Positions 58,550 through 64,000 of a stretch of 64,000 bases of DNA are shown here, one piece after another. Under the pieces are notes generated by a model that saw only the letters and a program-made list of their open reading frames with translations, ran no database searches and was not told the origin of the DNA. The DNA comes from a virus: the IMG/VR virus record IMGVR_UViG_3300044675_005584, positions 1 through 64,000 of that record; one strand, written 5' to 3'. A program made the position numbers and the translations under genes. Positions within the stretch are counted from its first letter, which is position 1. Each line of letters starts with the position of its first letter.

Positions 58550-58690
58550 ATGGACACATCTTTCGTTTGGTTATATGAAGCACTGGGAACTATGGCATTG
58601 GCCTTTGTGGTAATTGGCATAGTCGCAACAGTAATACACTACTTAGAACAGGAAACACCATGGCAACCCGAGAAGAAAAACAAGCACTGA
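58550..58690 (+). CDS. 46-aa single-TM peptide (not in ORF track)
   Basis: AGGAG RBS; MDTSFVWLYEALGTMALAFVVIGIVATVIHYLEQETPWQPEKKNKH. Confidence 0.55.
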   Translation: MDTSFVWLYEALGTMALAFVVIGIVATVIHYLEQETPWQPEKKNKH

Positions 58691-59799
58691 TCGACACACT
58701 GAAATTCACACCAAGAACCTACAAGATATCCCTGTGGGGCTATGGTGGCGAACGAGTAATGGGCACAGTAAGTCGCGAATCTTGGGATTACTGTATGGCC
58801 AATCAAGTTGACTTGATGGATGTTGCCTGGAGCGATGAAGATACTGTGCAATATGACATGGGGCTTGATCTTGATCGTTTGCCATTCCACCCTGGTAACT
58901 GGTACGAGTGCGACAATCTTGCACACTCCAATGGAGCAAGCAAGGACGCTGGTACACTTCATATTACCGATGAAAACGGAGACACTGTATTTGAACAATC
59001 ACTGGACAGTTTAGATGGTTCTAGCGATGATAGTCCACAATGGGAATGTGGTGATGAAGTCTGGATAGGACAAGAACCTGAAGGCTCTGTGGTGTTTGTG
59101 GGATCCAGCAACGAAAAGGGCACTTTCTTTGAAGGTGACATACCGCTTCGAGCACCGTTTGATATTACCAAACTGACCTTGATCTATGAAGAAATTGACG
59201 GCGAAGCCATGGTCAATAGTGCAACGTATGATGGCGAAGACATTGATAACTGGGGAGGCAGCACCGACGGTAAAAGTTCTGACATGAACATGTATCTGGT
59301 CAAGGCCGATAACGAATGGGATAGATACGAGCCCGAAGACAAAGACTGGGGTCATCCTGAATACGGAACAGGCCCAAGCACCTGGGAAAAGTCTGAGACA
59401 TTCAAGTTCAAGAAACACAAACCCACTATTCCAGGTTATTACAGTTGTACATGGAGCCACTACGGTACAACCTATGGTACAGCCTACTGGGATGGCAAAC
59501 AGTTTGGCGAATGGGAATACGGCAAGTTTAATCCAATCACTGGAGAAGTCATTAGCTGGTCGGGTTATAATTGGAATACTGGTTCGTGGGCAAATCGACC
59601 ACCTGAGCCAGTGGAATTAGTATGTGAAAATAAAACATGTGGATGGGCAGGCAAAAATGAAGATCGTCGAGAAGACGATAACTACGATAGCCATTGCCCC
59701 AAATGCGATGGCACAGAGTTTAACTGGATTGACTATGATCCTGATACCAAAGAGGGTCGTGCCAATCGCAAGCAGTATGTAAAAATAACAGGAGAATAA
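58660..59799 (+). CDS. Acidic hypothetical protein with C-terminal Zn ribbon
   Basis: CENKTCGW...HCPKCDG. Confidence 0.65.
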   Translation: MATREEKQALIDTLKFTPRTYKISLWGYGGERVMGTVSRESWDYCMANQVDLMDVAWSDEDTVQYDMGLDLDRLPFHPGNWYECDNLAHSNGASKDAGTLHITDENGDTVFEQSLDSLDGSSDDSPQWECGDEVWIGQEPEGSVVFVGSSNEKGTFFEGDIPLRAPFDITKLTLIYEEIDGEAMVNSATYDGEDIDNWGGSTDGKSSDMNMYLVKADNEWDRYEPEDKDWGHPEYGTGPSTWEKSETFKFKKHKPTIPGYYSCTWSHYGTTYGTAYWDGKQFGEWEYGKFNPITGEVISWSGYNWNTGSWANRPPEPVELVCENKTCGWAGKNEDRREDDNYDSHCPKCDGTEFNWIDYDPDTKEGRANRKQYVKITGE

Positions 59800-59800
59800 A

Positions 59801-60475
59801 ATGGAAAATGTAATTTATCGCAGTGCCGAGGCTGTGAATTCAGCCATGCTGAGAGTGTACAATCAAATGTGCATGGCTGTAATAGTATCGGGAATCGTAT
59901 CTATGGCAGTGAGTAGCAGTCCAGCTCTAATGCAGTTCTTGTTTACAGGCGTGATGAAGTGGATAGTGATTTTTGCACCACTAGGCATGTCCTTGTTGTT
60001 GGGATTCAAGATACGAGACATGGCGCCTGACATGGCTAGACTCATGCTGTATCTGTTTGCGGCCTTGATGGGTGTGAGCTTTAGCATGATCTTTGTGGTG
60101 TTTGGCTTGGGATCTATTGTGAGTGCGTTTATGGGTGCGGCTGTGTTGTTTGGCACCATGACCATGTACGGATATTTTACCAAACGCAGTCTTGAAAGTG
60201 TAGGACAGTTCATGTTTATCGGCTTGATTGCAATTATCATTGCGTCAGTCGTGAACATCTTTATTGGGTCAACTGCTATGACCATGATGATTTCAGCCTT
60301 GGCCATTATTATATTCCTTGGACTCACTGCCTACGACACACAACAGATCCGTGAAATGGTCAGTGTGGAAAATCCTGAAGGCAATGCCGAGATAGCGGGT
60401 GCCTTGACCTTGTACATGGATTTCATCAACCTGTTCTTGAACCTGTTACAACTGTTTGGCGACAAAAAAGAATGA
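59801..60475 (+). CDS. Bax inhibitor-1/YccA family membrane protein
   Basis: About 7 TM helices; LTAYDTQQI, GALTLYMDFINLF. Confidence 0.9.
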   Translation: MENVIYRSAEAVNSAMLRVYNQMCMAVIVSGIVSMAVSSSPALMQFLFTGVMKWIVIFAPLGMSLLLGFKIRDMAPDMARLMLYLFAALMGVSFSMIFVVFGLGSIVSAFMGAAVLFGTMTMYGYFTKRSLESVGQFMFIGLIAIIIASVVNIFIGSTAMTMMISALAIIIFLGLTAYDTQQIREMVSVENPEGNAEIAGALTLYMDFINLFLNLLQLFGDKKE

Positions 60476-61110
60476 CCGACTTCTGGAAATATTTTGAACA
60501 AGAAGCCGAGCCTCGACTGGATAAACGAGCCAAGACATTTAGACAGATATTTGAATACCTGGACCAGCAGGCAGGTCCAATCCTGATCATTGAAACCGGA
60601 GTGGCCAGACAACCTGATAACTGGGCTGGCGACGGACAGAGTACTGTCATGTTTGATCGTTATGTGACAGCCCGTGGTCCTGACAGTCATGTGCATGCTG
60701 TGGATATCAGCACAGATTCTGTCGCAGCTTGCCGTGCTATGGTTGGCGATCAAACCACAGTTCATTTACAAGACAGCGTGAAGTTTTTAGATAATTTGGC
60801 AAGAAATGCCGACGGCCCAAGTCCTAATTTGGTTTATCTGGACAGTTATGATCTTGATTGGGACTACTGGTTTGCCAGTGCCGCACACTGTATCAAAGAG
60901 TTTGCCGCAATCACTCCTTTACTAAATCCAGACACATTGTTGGTAGTAGATGACAGTCCACCAGTGACACATATTTTGGAATCTGGAGAGCGCACACTTA
61001 TTGCCCCTGGCAAGATTGCTGGTAAAGGTCGTTTGTTGGCCGAGTATGCTGACCAAATTGGTGTAGCACCTTATTTCGCACAATATCAAGCAGGATGGAT
61101 TGGATTATGA
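60472..61110 (+). CDS. Class I SAM-dependent methyltransferase-like protein
   Basis: IIETGVAR, AVDIS, DSVKFL, LVYLDSYD, VVDD. Confidence 0.7.
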   Translation: MTDFWKYFEQEAEPRLDKRAKTFRQIFEYLDQQAGPILIIETGVARQPDNWAGDGQSTVMFDRYVTARGPDSHVHAVDISTDSVAACRAMVGDQTTVHLQDSVKFLDNLARNADGPSPNLVYLDSYDLDWDYWFASAAHCIKEFAAITPLLNPDTLLVVDDSPPVTHILESGERTLIAPGKIAGKGRLLAEYADQIGVAPYFAQYQAGWIGL

Positions 61111-61331
61111 ACCCTATTGTATTACTAACAAATGGTGTCAATGATTTATGGATCTGGACCTACGGTATCATAGCCGGATGGGGTGTGACCATGACCGTGG
61201 TCATAGCAATCATAACATTTTGTATCATTAGACTGTATCGGGTAGAAGCCAGGCTTGCTACACTAGAAAATAGATTGGTACAGGCCGAACGAGATTTTAA
61301 CCTAACGGTGAACAATTGGAAGAACAAGTAA
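61107..61331 (+). CDS. Small TM + coiled-coil protein
   Basis: Hydrophobic helix followed by LATLENRL; ATGA overlap. Confidence 0.5.
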   Translation: MNPIVLLTNGVNDLWIWTYGIIAGWGVTMTVVIAIITFCIIRLYRVEARLATLENRLVQAERDFNLTVNNWKNK

Positions 61332-61876
61332 ATCAGTGTTCAGTATGCAGTTGTGAGCACACCGAAGACGAAGGTGGTATAGACGGATACTTTGGCATGT
61401 TGCCTGTGAGTTTTTGTCCCACCTGCTTCAGTTGCATGTGTGATATGGCTGCACAGTATCTGGACATTGGGCCAGACGGAGAATCAAATCCTGAACATGA
61501 CAACCTGATAGCACACCTGCGCGGTGTGCGTCATGTGGTCATAAACAGCGAGCATGGTGGATTCAGCGTTAGTAGAGCCGCTGAGTTGGCTTACCTGAGC
61601 CGCACAGGGACTGCCTACACTTTTCAAGATCGAGAGGATCGTGCCGCAACCTTGAGCAAAGGTCAATATATCATGGTAAATGATCAGTACTGGAATGGTA
61701 GCACCATCAAAAGGGATGATCCAGTACTGGTCGATATTGTGAGAGAAATGGGCGAAGAGGCCGATGGCGATTATGCTCGACTCAAGGTAGTACAACTGCC
61801 TGCCAATGTGGATTGGACTATTGAAGAATACGATGGCCGGGAATGGGTGGCTGAACGGCACAGGACCTGGACATAA
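61316..61876 (+). CDS. Hypothetical protein with N-terminal Zn finger
   Basis: CSVC...FCPTC; C-terminal VVINSEHGGFS...RDDPVLV...IEEYDGREW domain. Confidence 0.6.
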   Translation: MEEQVNQCSVCSCEHTEDEGGIDGYFGMLPVSFCPTCFSCMCDMAAQYLDIGPDGESNPEHDNLIAHLRGVRHVVINSEHGGFSVSRAAELAYLSRTGTAYTFQDREDRAATLSKGQYIMVNDQYWNGSTIKRDDPVLVDIVREMGEEADGDYARLKVVQLPANVDWTIEEYDGREWVAERHRTWT

Positions 61877-61892
61877 AAACGGTAAATACGAT

Positions 61893-63425
61893 ATGATATT
61901 TGGATTCACAATTTTGGCCACAGCATTGTTATTGAGCTTGGTGGCAGCTTATTATAGCATCATGGGACTTACGGCCATTTTTGCTGCGGCCACCATACCT
62001 GTGATCATCATGGGTGCCAGTTTAGAACTGGGCAAAATAGTTGCCACAGTGTGGTTGCACAATAACTGGCAACGTGCCAGCTGGCTGTTTAAAACCTATC
62101 TGATCCCGGCTGTGTTCTTTTTGATGATGCTGACCAGCATGGGCATCTATGGCTTCTTGTCAAAAGCACACAGTGATCAAAGCCTGGTGTCAGGAGATGT
62201 CACTGCCAAGATTGCCATATATGATGAAAAGATCAAGATTGAACGGGAGAATATAGATGCTGATCGCAAACAACTCAAACAAATGGACGAGGCTGTGGAC
62301 CAAGTTATGGCACGTTCAACTTCGGAAGAAGGGGCAAGTAGATCCAGTGCTATTCGCCGAAGCCAGCAGAAAGAACGTGCTCGCCTGCTTGCGGACATTA
62401 CAACATCTCAACAAAAGATCACTGCTCTCAACCAGGAGCGAGCACCGATTGCCGCGGAAGTTAGGAAAGTTGAAGCTGAAGTTGGTCCTATAAAATACAT
62501 CGCGGCCTTGTTGTATGGTGATAACCCTGATGCCAATGTGCTGGAAAAGGCTGTGCGATTTGTTATTATAATGATTGTGTTAGTGTTTGATCCGTTAGCC
62601 TTGTGCCTGATCCTGGCTGCTAACAAACAGTTTGAATGGGCACGACGTGGCACAGGCGGTTGGGTGCATGATGAAAAAACACAAGATGATGATAAAAAAG
62701 TAGCAGAATGGTTCGACCATGCCCGAGAACGAGCAAAATTTTGGGATAAACAGCAACAAGAGCCACCACCAGGTCCAGAGCCATTTAAATCAGGACCATT
62801 TGTGAGTGGTACATTTCAACAGGCCAAATACGAACAAGATGACGGACCATTGACTGACAATCAAGTTGAACAGATCCAAGCGACAGCTACGGAAGAATTG
62901 CCCAAGGGTGAGTTGCTTGCCAAAGAGGAATTGTTTCCAGAACCCACTGTTGCAGAAACTTTACCTGAGCCGGCATTGCCCCAGCCCACAGTTGATCTAG
63001 TGGTCAATGCCGGTAGTGACTATGTAGAAGTCAACGGCAAACGGGTACATCACAAGTCATTTGACATACACAGCCAAAATGCAGGTCATGCTGTTGAGCG
63101 ACATGCCGCTGCCCGCCTCCAAGCCGACAACGAGCTTGCCGGCACAGCTTCAACTACAGGATTTGGCATAGTCTTTCCAGATGTACCCAACAAAGGCGAC
63201 ACTTTTCTTAGAGTGGATCGGTTACCTACCATGTTATACAAATACAACGGACGAGACTGGATTGAAATAGACAAAGAAATCAGTACAAGTTATGTGTATG
63301 AAGATTCCTATATTGATCATCTCATCACTCGTATCAGCAGTGGCGAGTATGATCCTGATCTTTTGAGTGACATGGAACGTGAAGCAATCGCTCAACGATT
63401 ACGAACAAATCCACCAACGGTGTAA
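61893..63425 (+). CDS. Membrane protein with coiled coil (T4-like phage conserved)
   Basis: 3 N-terminal TM helices, GIYGFLSKAH, coiled coil, EVGPIKYIA, VFDPLA; start reassigned to TAAATA-N4-ATG 61893. Confidence 0.7.
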   Translation: MIFGFTILATALLLSLVAAYYSIMGLTAIFAAATIPVIIMGASLELGKIVATVWLHNNWQRASWLFKTYLIPAVFFLMMLTSMGIYGFLSKAHSDQSLVSGDVTAKIAIYDEKIKIERENIDADRKQLKQMDEAVDQVMARSTSEEGASRSSAIRRSQQKERARLLADITTSQQKITALNQERAPIAAEVRKVEAEVGPIKYIAALLYGDNPDANVLEKAVRFVIIMIVLVFDPLALCLILAANKQFEWARRGTGGWVHDEKTQDDDKKVAEWFDHARERAKFWDKQQQEPPPGPEPFKSGPFVSGTFQQAKYEQDDGPLTDNQVEQIQATATEELPKGELLAKEELFPEPTVAETLPEPALPQPTVDLVVNAGSDYVEVNGKRVHHKSFDIHSQNAGHAVERHAAARLQADNELAGTASTTGFGIVFPDVPNKGDTFLRVDRLPTMLYKYNGRDWIEIDKEISTSYVYEDSYIDHLITRISSGEYDPDLLSDMEREAIAQRLRTNPPTV

Positions 63426-63426
63426 C

Positions 63427-64000
63427 ATGTCAGAAATCAATACCTGTAATTTTTGTACCAAAACAAAAGATCAAGTATTAAAATTAATTGTAGGTGATGA
63501 TGCTGCCATTTGTAATGAATGCGTAAATCTCTGTAGCACCTTGTTGGTTGATACCAAAAAGTCACGACGCAACAAAGGCAGTCAGCTAAAAGTCCCAGAT
63601 CCGCGAGCAGTATGCGACTATCTTGATCAGCATGTGGTTGGACAACGTGATGCCAAACAAGTGATAAGTGTGGCTATAGTGAATCATTACAAACGTATCA
63701 GCAATCCTGATCCTGATATTGAAATACAAAAAGCCAATATCTTGATGCTGGGGCCAACCGGCACTGGCAAGACCTTGATGGCTCGCACTGTGGCAAGATA
63801 CTTGAATGTGCCTTTTGTGATAGCAGATGCTACCACATTAACAGAAGCTGGTTATGTAGGTGATGATGTCGAAAGTCTTATTTCTAGATTGTACATCGCA
63901 GCCAATGGCGATGTTGAACAGTGTGAACGTGGTATTGTATTTCTAGATGAAATTGATAAAATTTCTAGAAAAAGCGAAAGCAGTACAGTAAGCCGTGATG
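63427..64000 (+). CDS. clpX: ClpX ATPase (truncated at window end)
   Basis: Zn finger CNFC...ICNEC, VVGQ, NHYKR, GPTGTGKT, DATTLTEAGYVGDDVE, FLDEIDKI. Confidence 0.93.
   Translation, partial: MSEINTCNFCTKTKDQVLKLIVGDDAAICNECVNLCSTLLVDTKKSRRNKGSQLKVPDPRAVCDYLDQHVVGQRDAKQVISVAIVNHYKRISNPDPDIEIQKANILMLGPTGTGKTLMARTVARYLNVPFVIADATTLTEAGYVGDDVESLISRLYIAANGDVEQCERGIVFLDEIDKISRKSESSTVSRD

Noticed and set aside
1069-63274. Numerous short minus-strand and off-frame ORFs in the track (e.g. 2624-3373, 12725-13399, 37494-38012, 49789-50331)
   Set aside because: They are shadows of well-supported + strand genes, with no motifs or RBS
1-64000. CRISPR array, tRNA or rRNA genes
   Set aside because: No regularly spaced direct repeats or cloverleaf/T-loop patterns were seen in the few intergenic gaps; a tRNAscan run would be needed to be certain
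1-64000. Stop-codon reassignment (alternative genetic code)
   Set aside because: Core genes (terminase, NrdA/B, helicase, ligase) are full length in code 11 and end in TAA, TGA or TAG

Overview
This 64 kb window comes from a large T4-like (Tevenvirinae-related, myovirus-type) dsDNA phage, with standard genetic code and almost all genes on the + strand. Structural and packaging genes include a 1220-aa tail sheath, tail tube, head-completion nuclease, terminase, PAAR and many probable prohead-core/internal proteins. Replication and recombination genes include gp32 SSB, UvsX, UvsY, UvsW, a clamp-loader-like subunit, primase, helicase, ligase, exonuclease and a 192-aa mini DnaE. The window also encodes NrdAB/glutaredoxin, IscU/IscA, a truncated ClpX and two free-standing homing endonucleases. 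An accessory set of modifying enzymes is interspersed: two radical SAM proteins, SGNH-like proteins, a 2OG-Fe(II) hydroxylase, a PRMT-like methyltransferase and an aminotransferase. The most interesting observations are: (1) a family of proteins with T4-like capsid-targeting N-termini, including an apparent nucleotidyltransferase + RNA-ligase-like polyprotein that may be packaged in the virion; (2) a minimal C-family polymerase retaining all catalytic motifs; (3) a eukaryote-style protein arginine methyltransferase on a cassette flanked by a duplicated nrdB start region; (4) TAAATA-N4-ATG leaderless late promoters and a conserved early promoter with TGTTG-N8-CAACA operators. All calls are from motif reading only; no database searches were run.
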